Below are positions 27,817 to 36,003 of a stretch of 64,000 bases of DNA, piece after piece. Under the pieces are notes generated by a model. That model did no database searches. It saw only the letters and a program-made list of their open reading frames with translations, and was not told where the DNA came from. Position 1 is the stretch's first letter, and the number at the start of each line of letters is the position of its first letter. Source of the stretch: an uncultured Muribaculaceae bacterium (GTDB lineage Bacteria > Bacteroidota > Bacteroidia > Bacteroidales > Muribaculaceae); contig CAJTNN010000001.1 in NCBI GenBank assembly GCA_910577585.1, positions 8,925 to 72,924 on the forward strand, written 5' to 3'. Position numbers and translations under genes: made by a program.

Positions 27817-29063
27817 ATAAAGATATATCCTCATCATCAATGCGGTCAGGCGCATTCTTGCCTATACGCCTGATGCCGCTGTTTCTGGCGCTGCTCCTGA
27901 TCATGGGGGGCTGCGGATCTAAAAACCAATCCGCGGCCGAGAAGGAGTATTCAACATCACTGTATTCTCCGAAGTATGCCACGGGCTTCGAAATTTTCGG
28001 AGCTCCCGGCAAGGCAAGCTCGATACTTAAAGTCACCCGTCCCTGGCAGGGCGACAAACCTGAAGAGCGCCTGCTGTTCATACAGCGCGCCGGCGAGCGT
28101 GTGCCTGAAGGCTTCCGTGGCCAGATCCTTTCGGGCGATGCTGAGAGAATAATCTGCATGTCGTCGACCCAAATCGCTATGCTGCATCTGGTGGATGCTT
28201 CAAAAAATGTGGTGGGTGTTTCGGGAATGGAGTTTATCACCGCGCCTGAGATTCAGTCACGCCGCGCTGAGATTGGCGATGTGGGATATGATGGCAATAT
28301 CAACTACGAACTTATCGCGGCGCTCAAACCCGACATTGTGCTGCTCTATGGCATAAGCGGCCCGGACGCGATGGAGAGCAAGCTCAAGGAACTCGGCATA
28401 CCCTTCATCTATGTGGGTGAATATGTCGAGGAGAGCCCGCTCGGCAAATCGGAATGGATGATGGCACTGGCTGAAATTGTGGGTAAACGCAATCTGGCCG
28501 AGGAGGTGTTTGCACAGATTCCAGAGAAATATAACGCGTTGCGCAAACGACTTGAGACCTCTGACGCACCACGCCCGAAGGTGATGCTGAATATGCCCTA
28601 TGGCGATTCATGGTTTATGCCCCCGATGGGAAGTTATTTCGTGACCCTGCTTGAGGATGCCGGTGCCGACTACATCTATAGCGCCAACACCTCGCGCCAG
28701 TCTAAACCGATTGATCTTGAAGAGGCATTCACCTTGACTTCAAAGGCTGACAAGTGGCTCAACCTGGGAAATACCATCAATTCTGTATCTGACCTGCGCG
28801 AGGCGCTGCCAAAGTTTGCCAATCTGCCTGTGGTGCAGAGGGCCGAACTATACAACAACACCGAACGCACCACCCCCTCGGGTGGCAATGACTTCTATGA
28901 ATCAGGAGTTGTCAACCCCGACCTCGTGCTGCGCGACCTTATCAAGATAATGCACCCGTCGCTGGTGAGCGAACCCTTCACCTATTATCGCCGACTCCCC
29001 GAGCGTCAGCCTGACCCGCTGCCGGACGCGGATATGGCGATGCCGGACTCTATCGCCGACTGA
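27813..29063 (+). CDS. ABC transporter substrate-binding lipoprotein (BtuF/FecB class; cobalamin or iron chelate)
   Basis: Lipobox MGGC; RIICMS, NYELIAALKPD, EESPLGKSEW, NDFYESGVVNPDLVLRDL. Confidence 0.88.
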   Translation: MNKDISSSSMRSGAFLPIRLMPLFLALLLIMGGCGSKNQSAAEKEYSTSLYSPKYATGFEIFGAPGKASSILKVTRPWQGDKPEERLLFIQRAGERVPEGFRGQILSGDAERIICMSSTQIAMLHLVDASKNVVGVSGMEFITAPEIQSRRAEIGDVGYDGNINYELIAALKPDIVLLYGISGPDAMESKLKELGIPFIYVGEYVEESPLGKSEWMMALAEIVGKRNLAEEVFAQIPEKYNALRKRLETSDAPRPKVMLNMPYGDSWFMPPMGSYFVTLLEDAGADYIYSANTSRQSKPIDLEEAFTLTSKADKWLNLGNTINSVSDLREALPKFANLPVVQRAELYNNTERTTPSGGNDFYESGVVNPDLVLRDLIKIMHPSLVSEPFTYYRRLPERQPDPLPDADMAMPDSIAD

Positions 29064-29172
29064 CCACCTGCATGTGGGTTCATTTGAGACCCTTAGTGGT
29101 TGCATCTTACCGGCGTAGTGCTGTAACTCGACCGACTTAGTGGTGAAATTTGACCGACCACTTAAGAATATT

Positions 29173-30174
29173 ATGCAAAAAAGAGACAAGAGTAGACTTA
29201 TGTTTGCAGCATGCGGTATAATCACGCTGCTGCTATTTGTGATTGACCTCGGCGTAGGGAGCGTTAGCATTCTTCCCCGCGAGATCATAGGGATACTCAC
29301 GGGCATGGATTCCGACCCTGTCCACCGGTCAATCATCATCGATATCCGCCTGATGAAGGCTGTGGTGGCTCTCCTCGTGGGGGCTGCCCTCTCGGTGAGC
29401 GGACTGCAGATGCAGACTCTCTTCCGCAATCCGCTGGCCGGACCCTATGTATTGGGCATTAGTTCGGGTGCGTCACTTGGTGTGGCGCTCTTCATTCTGG
29501 CCGGACCCATGTTGGCGCTTCCCGCAGAGATTTCATCGCTCGGCATTGCAGGGGCTGCATGGATCGGGGCAGCCGCGATTCTGGCGCTGATTGCAGCCGT
29601 GGGCCATCGCATAAAGGATATCATGGTGATTCTGATACTGGGCATGATGTTCTCAAGCGGAGTGGCGGCTATCGTGCAGATTCTGCAGTATCTGAGCCAT
29701 GAGGAGGCGCTGAAGTCATTCGTCATCTGGACCATGGGCTCGCTTGGCGATGTGACTCGCCAGCAACTCTGGATTATGCTCCCTGCCGTGGCGGCAGGTC
29801 TGATATTGGCGGTGCTGACTATAAAGCCGCTGAATCTGCTGCTTTTCGGTGAGGAGTACGCCCTCACAATGGGCCTCGACATACGCCGCTCGCGCTCTCT
29901 GCTCTTCATTTCGACCACGCTATTGGCCGGGTCGGCCACTGCTTTCTGCGGTCCAATCGGATTTATCGGACTGGCTATGCCGCACGTGACCCGCATGTTG
30001 TTTGACAATTCCGACCATCGTGTGCTTATCCCTGCCACCATGCTCACCGGGGGCGCGGTGCTGCTGATATGCGACATCATCTCCAAATCGCTCACTCTCC
30101 CTATAAATTCCATCACAGCGCTGCTGGGAATTCCGGTGGTGGTGTATGTGGTGGTCAAGAATTCCATGAAGTGA
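29173..30174 (+). CDS. ABC transporter permease (BtuC/FecCD class)
   Basis: GLQMQTLFRNPLAGPYVLGISSGA, GEEYALTMG and GPIGFIGLAMPH motifs. Confidence 0.93.
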   Translation: MQKRDKSRLMFAACGIITLLLFVIDLGVGSVSILPREIIGILTGMDSDPVHRSIIIDIRLMKAVVALLVGAALSVSGLQMQTLFRNPLAGPYVLGISSGASLGVALFILAGPMLALPAEISSLGIAGAAWIGAAAILALIAAVGHRIKDIMVILILGMMFSSGVAAIVQILQYLSHEEALKSFVIWTMGSLGDVTRQQLWIMLPAVAAGLILAVLTIKPLNLLLFGEEYALTMGLDIRRSRSLLFISTTLLAGSATAFCGPIGFIGLAMPHVTRMLFDNSDHRVLIPATMLTGGAVLLICDIISKSLTLPINSITALLGIPVVVYVVVKNSMK

Positions 30175-30275
30175 GCTTGAAAGTCGACTCTCTCTGAAGT
30201 CGAACTTATTCAATAGCCGGGTTAAAGAGCCGGGAACTCCGGATTCCGGTAAATACCTTTTGCTAAAATGCACTT

Positions 30276-30992
30276 ATGATTACCATCGAGAATCTTAATA
30301 TCGGCTATGGCCGGCGATTGCTGCTTAGCGAGGCATCAGCCTCTTTCGGAGGGTGCTCTCTGACGGCGCTCATCGGCAGGAATGGCACCGGCAAGTCAAC
30401 ACTGCTGCGTGCCCTGGCCGGGCTTAACCATGATTATTCGGGTGATATCGACGTGGATGGAGTCTCTCTGCGCGGCCTGCGTCCGGCGCAACTTGCACGT
30501 CATCTGGCATTTGTCAACACCCAGCGCACACGTGTCAGCAACATGAGCTGCTATGATGTCGTGGCCATGGGGCGCGCCCCCTACACCGACTGGATCGGAA
30601 ATCTCTCGCCTGCCGACCATCAGATTATCGAATCTTCGCTCAAGGCCATCGACATGGCCGATTATGCCAACCGCCCTGTCGACACCCTCAGCGATGGCGA
30701 ATGCCAAAGAGTTATGATTGCCCGCGCTCTGGCTCAGGACACTCCCAACATCCTGCTTGACGAGCCTACTTCGTTTCTTGACCTGCCAAATCGATATAAA
30801 CTCGTGGAACTCCTTCACGAACTCGCCCACACGCGCAGCAAGTGCATCATCTTCTCAACCCATGAGCTTGACATAGCCCTCAAACGTGCCGACAACATCG
30901 CCCTGCTCGCCGACTCGACAATATTCAATCTCCCTGCCCGCGAGATGGCCTCTTCCGGCCTGATAAACCGATATTTCGGCATTGAAATCTAA
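30276..30992 (+). CDS. ABC transporter ATP-binding protein (BtuD/FecE class)
   Basis: GRNGTGKS, LSDGECQR, LLDEPT, STHE. Confidence 0.93.
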   Translation: MITIENLNIGYGRRLLLSEASASFGGCSLTALIGRNGTGKSTLLRALAGLNHDYSGDIDVDGVSLRGLRPAQLARHLAFVNTQRTRVSNMSCYDVVAMGRAPYTDWIGNLSPADHQIIESSLKAIDMADYANRPVDTLSDGECQRVMIARALAQDTPNILLDEPTSFLDLPNRYKLVELLHELAHTRSKCIIFSTHELDIALKRADNIALLADSTIFNLPAREMASSGLINRYFGIEI

Positions 30993-30997
30993 TCTGC

Positions 30998-31192
30998 TAA
31001 GTAGTTGCGAAGAATTAATGAACAAATAATTTTGCTTTATCTTCGAGTGATTTTTGCCGGGGGAGGAAGGAGCTTAGCGAGCTAAGCGACTGACGATGAC
31101 GGCAAAAAGCGCCGAAGAGAAAGTAAAATTATTGTTCAAATCATTCTTTGAAAAAGAATCACTTATGATGTTTAATTCTTCGCAACTACTTA
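30998..31192. mobile_element. 195-bp MITE-like palindromic element with 21-bp perfect terminal inverted repeats
   Basis: TAAGTAGTTGCGAAGAATTAA ... TTAATTCTTCGCAACTACTTA; internal long hairpin (TGAACAAATAATTTTGCTTT...AAAGTAAAATTATTGTTCA); no ORF; related copies at 13686, 31725 and 35988. Confidence 0.8.
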
Positions 31193-31387
31193 TGATATAA
31201 ATCCGCGCTAAATCTGATTCTGCATAGGGGTGGCGTGAACTTTTCAAACACCGGTCTTGTTAGAGATATAGAGTCAAATAACTACATTTGTTCCACTATA
31301 CATTGTTGACCTATGCGACAAGCCAACCATACACCCCTCGACCAGCATAATACGCCCCGCACCACCCAGGTGGCCCTCGAAGCCCCG

Positions 31388-31639
31388 ATGCGACGTGCCA
31401 GATTCATGCTGCATCTCACCGCAGCCCTAATAGCGCTGTCGCTGCTCTTCGGCATGGGAAGCTGCGGCACAACCCGTGCCCATTTCGGAGTAGACCACGA
31501 TGTGGCTTACAACTGGAACGGCGGCTACTACGAAGATGGAGGCCATCACCATCATAAACCCCCGAAACCTCCGAAGAAAAAGAAACCGAAAAAGCCAAAA
31601 AAACATAAGAAGTCGAAGAAGCACCATCACGATGACTAA
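31388..31639 (+). CDS. Small lipoprotein with a His/Lys/Pro-rich tail
   Basis: MRRARF + hydrophobic stretch + MGSC lipobox; tail GHHHHKPPKPPKKKKPKKPKKHKKSKKHHHDD. An upstream in-frame ATG at 31313 is also possible. Confidence 0.7.
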   Translation: MRRARFMLHLTAALIALSLLFGMGSCGTTRAHFGVDHDVAYNWNGGYYEDGGHHHHKPPKPPKKKKPKKPKKHKKSKKHHHDD

Positions 31640-31724
31640 GCAAGCATGGAGCCTCGACACCTCAACGTTTACCGGCCGGCAATGATTCCCAGATCGAATC
31701 AATGCCGGCCGCTCATTTTGATTA

Positions 31725-31784
31725 TAAGTAGTTGCGAAGTAGTTGCGAAGAATTAATGAACAAATAATTCTTAGCAACTACTTA
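31725..31784. mobile_element. Internally deleted copy of the TAAGTAGTTG element with an 11-bp duplication in the left end
   Basis: TAAGTAGTTGCG-AAGTAGTTGCG-AAGAATTAATGAACAAATAATTCTTAGCAACTACTTA. Confidence 0.75.
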
Positions 31785-31928
31785 CCTCTCTGATAATTTA
31801 TCCAGATTATCCATGCCATGGATAATCTGCTCCCGACAGATGGAGATACACTTACGCATGCCATCGGTTGCCCCATGCGCCACTCTCCCCTACGCGATCG
31901 CCGGGGGAAGGAGAGTCAATATGTGTAT

Positions 31929-31963
31929 AAAAAGTTAAGAAGGGCATCTCTGCCCTTCTTAAC
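31929..31963 (-). terminator. Intrinsic terminator (minus strand)
   Basis: Perfect 13-bp stem GTTAAGAAGGGCA/TGCCCTTCTTAAC with a U-tract only on the minus strand. Confidence 0.7.
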
Positions 31964-32199
31964 ACCCATAATAATTATTCACCATAATTGAGAGCGTGAC
32001 TGTCTCATTCCGTCATTTAGACACATGATACGACGGCAAGTTTAAATGTATTCAATGTAATTCACCACTTCTTATTTAACCTTCATCTATCTTTTGTATT
32101 TTTTATTTCCCACCATCCTCATTCGGTAATGCAAGCCTCTGAATTGAGCATCTAATCTGCGATAGCTCAAAAAATTCCGCCTCTCAGGTCTGGGACATG

Positions 32200-32244
32200 C
32201 AAAAAATTATAGCCGCCCGATTATTGGACGGCTATAATTTTTTG
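32200..32244. terminator. Bidirectional terminator after the LRR gene
   Basis: CAAAAAATTATAGCCG...CGGCTATAATTTTTTG. Confidence 0.75.
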
Positions 32245-32316
32245 TGGTGCCTGCTACTGCTGACTGTTATGCCGGCATGAGAGGCCGTGGATACTCTTAT
32301 GAAGTTGATTAAACTT

Positions 32317-35300
32317 TTACTTCACAATCACCTTGGCTGACTTGCCATCGGCGCTGACAACATATATGCCGGCGTCGAGAGAGTCGAAGCGGGCTGAGCC
32401 AGCTGCCTGACCGGCTACGCGACCATCGGCTGTGAAGATGGTCACACGACCCTCGGCACCATTGACTTCGATAAAGCCATGACCGGCCACGACATCAAGT
32501 GCAGTGGCGGCTACTTCATCCACACCTGAGGTAGCGATATCCATCTCAACTGTCACATACACGATGTTGGGGAATGCGACATTGGTGAGCAGACAGCGGG
32601 CGTTGTGCTGCGACTTGAGGAATGTGAAGACGCCATCGCTGACGGTGTAGTCCACACCCTCCTGCATCTCATCACCCACGATATTACCCTCTTCGTCGTA
32701 TGCCAGACCATCGCGGAACCAACGGTAGCTCGTGCGGTTAGTGCCCACCATCAGCTGTTCACTGAGGTCGACCACACCATTCTCAGGCTCAACATCCCAA
32801 GGCACCTGGTCAGCATAATAGTACACATTATATGTAGAGAGCACACGCGGCAGTGTGGTGAGCTTGAAGTAGTTGTGATAGAGCATCAGCACACGCAGGT
32901 CATTGAGCGCGCTGACATCAATCGCCGTAAGCAGGTTGTTGGAGAGCCAGAGCTGCACGATATGCGGAGCACCGCTGAGGTCGATCGATTCGAGTTCGTT
33001 GCCGCTGAGGTCAAGTTCCCAAAGTTCCTGGTTGGCGAGCTTGAGGTCTTTGACTGTATTGTTGGCGAGCATTAGGCGCTGCAGTTTGGGCAATACAGTG
33101 GCATCCATTGCGGTCAGATTGCCATCGGTGATGGTGAGTGACTCGAGATTCTCGTAATAGCTGAGGTCGATGCTGCCGATATTGTTGCCCGAAAGGGTAA
33201 GCTCACGCAGAGCTTTCGAGGGGGGCAACACAAGCTGGTCTTTGTCAAGGCCCCAGCCGGATGCATTGAGAGAATATATTTCATTCATGCCGCTGAGGTC
33301 GGCTTTCTCCATCGCCACATTAGAGAGGCTGAAGACTCCGATTCCATCCTCACCTTCATAAGTGAGCACTCTGACATCGGCGTCGGCATAAGTCTCGCAG
33401 GGGAAGATGGTGTATTGCTCGGCCGAGAGCTTATACTGCTCGGGGTTATTATCGCCGGCCCAGTCGATATAGACATAAGTGTCGGGCTTGGTGGCAGTCA
33501 TGATGACGGACGACTGAGCTGCATCGACAGTGGTGAATGACGCGCGCACGCTGGTGGGCATCTCAGCCGGAGTCACATTGGCTGAGCGGTAGATGTCGGC
33601 GCCTGCGAAGTCGGGGAAGGCGGGGTGCGACCATGTGGCGTAGACGTCGCCTGTATTGACATCCTTGAAGCGGAAGCGGTAGTCGCCATTCTTCTGAATC
33701 TCAGCATCTGTGAGCTGACGATTGTCGGATGCGGCATACCAGTTGAACTGAGTGGTCTGGCCATCTACATCCACCCACTGCTCCTGCATGTTGACTGAGG
33801 GTGCCTGTGCCGGCATACCCCAAACCTGCTGGGGTGCGTAGACATAGTTGGCAATCTCACCCGGGAGCGGAAGCTTTGAGAGGGGGATGTTGTTGCCGGC
33901 AAGATTCAGGGCAGTGAGCTTGATGAATGAGGGAATCTCAATCGCTGAGAGCTTGTTGCCTGAGAGGTTGAGTGTCTGCAACTCTTCGCAATCATCGAGT
34001 GAGATGGAGGTAATCTGATTGTCGGCCAGATTGAGATTGTGCATATAATAGCACTGGCCGAGATCAAACTCTGTCAGATTGTTGTGCGAGAGGTCGAGCA
34101 GTTCGGGATTTCTGACCTGATTGCTCTTGAATTCTGCAATCTGATTGTTGCTGGCATTGATATATGTGAGGTTGCCCTTGCTCATCGGAGCAGTCTCGCC
34201 ATCGAGGTCGAGACTCTTGAGAGCATTGTTCTGCAGCTCGACGCTGCGCAGATGACGATTCTGGGTCAAATCGATTGTGGAGAGTGCGCAATCGGTGACG
34301 GCCAGATATTCCAGATGGCTGGCAGCCGTCACATCGAGTGTGCTGAGCTGGGTGCCATCGATGCCGAAGGCTGTGAGGTCGGTGTTCTCAGGCAGATAGA
34401 GGGTCATGGCCCCTACTTTCTGCTTTTCGCCGGTGGCGTTGGGAGTCTCGGGCAGAGTCTCGCTTGTGGCGTAGAATTCCTTGGGCTCGCCATCGCCGAA
34501 GTCCACTGAGAAGCGGCGCGGGGTGTCGACGGTAGCGCCGGCGATGCCCACACGCAGGGCCACATCCTTGGCCGATGGCTTGAGGCGCATCGTCACCAGA
34601 GCGTTGTCGCGACCGAAGTCTTCGACGCTCTTCACCACAAATTTGGTTGATTTGAGGTTATACTCGGGGAAGTCGGTGTTGTAGAAAGTGAAGTATACAC
34701 TGTCGGGGAGCTCCTGATGGAAGATGATGAGACCGTCGGAATATGAATAGGCCTCGTCGCTCACCTCGTCGTCGCCACAGAAGAGTTTGGCTGTAGTGGT
34801 CGAGTTGGGGCGCACCAGACGCGACTCAAGGTCAATCTCAGCATCTACGGGATAACTGCGGTCGAACGGAAGCGGACGCTGCTCATAGTAGTAATCGCCA
34901 AACGTGTCGCGCCATGCCGGAATAGTATTGAAGTCCATATAGTTCTTCGATATATTCAGGTTGTAGATGTCGGGAGTGCCTGAGAGGTCGATTGATGTGA
35001 GCAGATTGTCGGAGCAGTTGAGTTCCCAGAGCAGCGGATTGCCGGTGATGTCGAGTTCTGTCAGCGCATTCGAGCTGCAGAAGAGAATCATAAGCTGGTC
35101 GTTGAGACTGAGGTCGAGCGATTTGAGCTTATGAGGCTGGTTCAGTGTGCCTTGATGCTCGCAGTAGAACTGCTGCAGCTTGAGGTTGGCCGAGAGGTCA
35201 ATCTCGGTGATTTTCGTCTGCGAGATGTTGAGAATCAGAAGTTCTGGGTTCTGGCTTACATCGAGTGAGCTGACATTGGTGCAGTCGAGGTCGAGGGCCA

Positions 35301-35955
35301 GAAGGCCGGGGCTCTTGGTGGGGTCGCATGCGCGCAGGTCAAGGCAGTGATATGCAGTGAATGACTTCAGCTTCGGGAAGTTGCTGATATCAAGCGACTG
35401 GTCGAGACTGCCTACATTGGTGATGTCGAGAATCACGAGCTCGGGGTGATTGTCGCCAATGAGGAGTGGCTTCTCATCAAAGGGGTTATCCTCGAGATAG
35501 ACTGCCGAAAGATATTTGAAGGGCGAGAGGTCAAGTTCGGGCAGATAGTTGTGGCCGACATTGAGAATCTCCATGTTGACACAGGCCGAGAAGTCGAGAC
35601 GGTCGGCGAAGACGCCCTCGATGTCAAGATAGTCGATAAGCATCGGGTCGCCATAGATTTTCACTTCACCACGCTGGTCGACATGACCATTGATGATGGT
35701 GCCGTTGAGGCCGCTTGAGCTCGAGTCGTAGTCGGCCACACCCACCTTATATTCGGTGGGGCCGAATCCGAAGTCGATGTCTACATAGGTATCTTCGAGC
35801 GCGCCGAGAGCAATGGTGAATGCGTTGTCGCTGCCATTGTTCTCATAGATGGTGGTGTGGAAACTGATGATAGGCTCCTGCATCTGTGCATTTGCCGTCA
35901 GTCCGGCCATCATCATCAGGCCCGAAGCCATGATTGACTTGAATAAGTTGGACAT
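32317..35955 (-). CDS. Internalin-like leucine-rich repeat protein with three tandem modules and a predicted T9SS C-terminal domain
   Basis: Signal peptide (ANA-Q); many LxxLxxxxNxLxxLDL repeats in three blocks; C-terminus ...GIYVVSADGKSAKVIVK. Confidence 0.88.
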   Translation of the reverse strand: MSNLFKSIMASGLMMMAGLTANAQMQEPIISFHTTIYENNGSDNAFTIALGALEDTYVDIDFGFGPTEYKVGVADYDSSSSGLNGTIINGHVDQRGEVKIYGDPMLIDYLDIEGVFADRLDFSACVNMEILNVGHNYLPELDLSPFKYLSAVYLEDNPFDEKPLLIGDNHPELVILDITNVGSLDQSLDISNFPKLKSFTAYHCLDLRACDPTKSPGLLALDLDCTNVSSLDVSQNPELLILNISQTKITEIDLSANLKLQQFYCEHQGTLNQPHKLKSLDLSLNDQLMILFCSSNALTELDITGNPLLWELNCSDNLLTSIDLSGTPDIYNLNISKNYMDFNTIPAWRDTFGDYYYEQRPLPFDRSYPVDAEIDLESRLVRPNSTTTAKLFCGDDEVSDEAYSYSDGLIIFHQELPDSVYFTFYNTDFPEYNLKSTKFVVKSVEDFGRDNALVTMRLKPSAKDVALRVGIAGATVDTPRRFSVDFGDGEPKEFYATSETLPETPNATGEKQKVGAMTLYLPENTDLTAFGIDGTQLSTLDVTAASHLEYLAVTDCALSTIDLTQNRHLRSVELQNNALKSLDLDGETAPMSKGNLTYINASNNQIAEFKSNQVRNPELLDLSHNNLTEFDLGQCYYMHNLNLADNQITSISLDDCEELQTLNLSGNKLSAIEIPSFIKLTALNLAGNNIPLSKLPLPGEIANYVYAPQQVWGMPAQAPSVNMQEQWVDVDGQTTQFNWYAASDNRQLTDAEIQKNGDYRFRFKDVNTGDVYATWSHPAFPDFAGADIYRSANVTPAEMPTSVRASFTTVDAAQSSVIMTATKPDTYVYIDWAGDNNPEQYKLSAEQYTIFPCETYADADVRVLTYEGEDGIGVFSLSNVAMEKADLSGMNEIYSLNASGWGLDKDQLVLPPSKALRELTLSGNNIGSIDLSYYENLESLTITDGNLTAMDATVLPKLQRLMLANNTVKDLKLANQELWELDLSGNELESIDLSGAPHIVQLWLSNNLLTAIDVSALNDLRVLMLYHNYFKLTTLPRVLSTYNVYYYADQVPWDVEPENGVVDLSEQLMVGTNRTSYRWFRDGLAYDEEGNIVGDEMQEGVDYTVSDGVFTFLKSQHNARCLLTNVAFPNIVYVTVEMDIATSGVDEVAATALDVVAGHGFIEVNGAEGRVTIFTADGRVAGQAAGSARFDSLDAGIYVVSADGKSAKVIVK

Positions 35956-35987
35956 GATGTTGTATTTATGGATTATTGATTTCTACT

Positions 35988-36001
35988 TAAGTAGTTGCGA
36001 A
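35988..36001. repeat. Solo end of the TAAGTAGTTG element
   Basis: TAAGTAGTTGCGAA is identical to the first 14 nt of the 30998 element and lies in the 48-bp gap between the S8 and LRR genes. Confidence 0.55.
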
Positions 36002-36003
36002 TC

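Noticed and set aside
35983..35994. CTACTTAAGTAG as a circle or tandem junction of two MITE ends
   Set aside because: Only about 5 nt match on the left of the shared TA; too short to separate from chance, so recorded only as a solo end.
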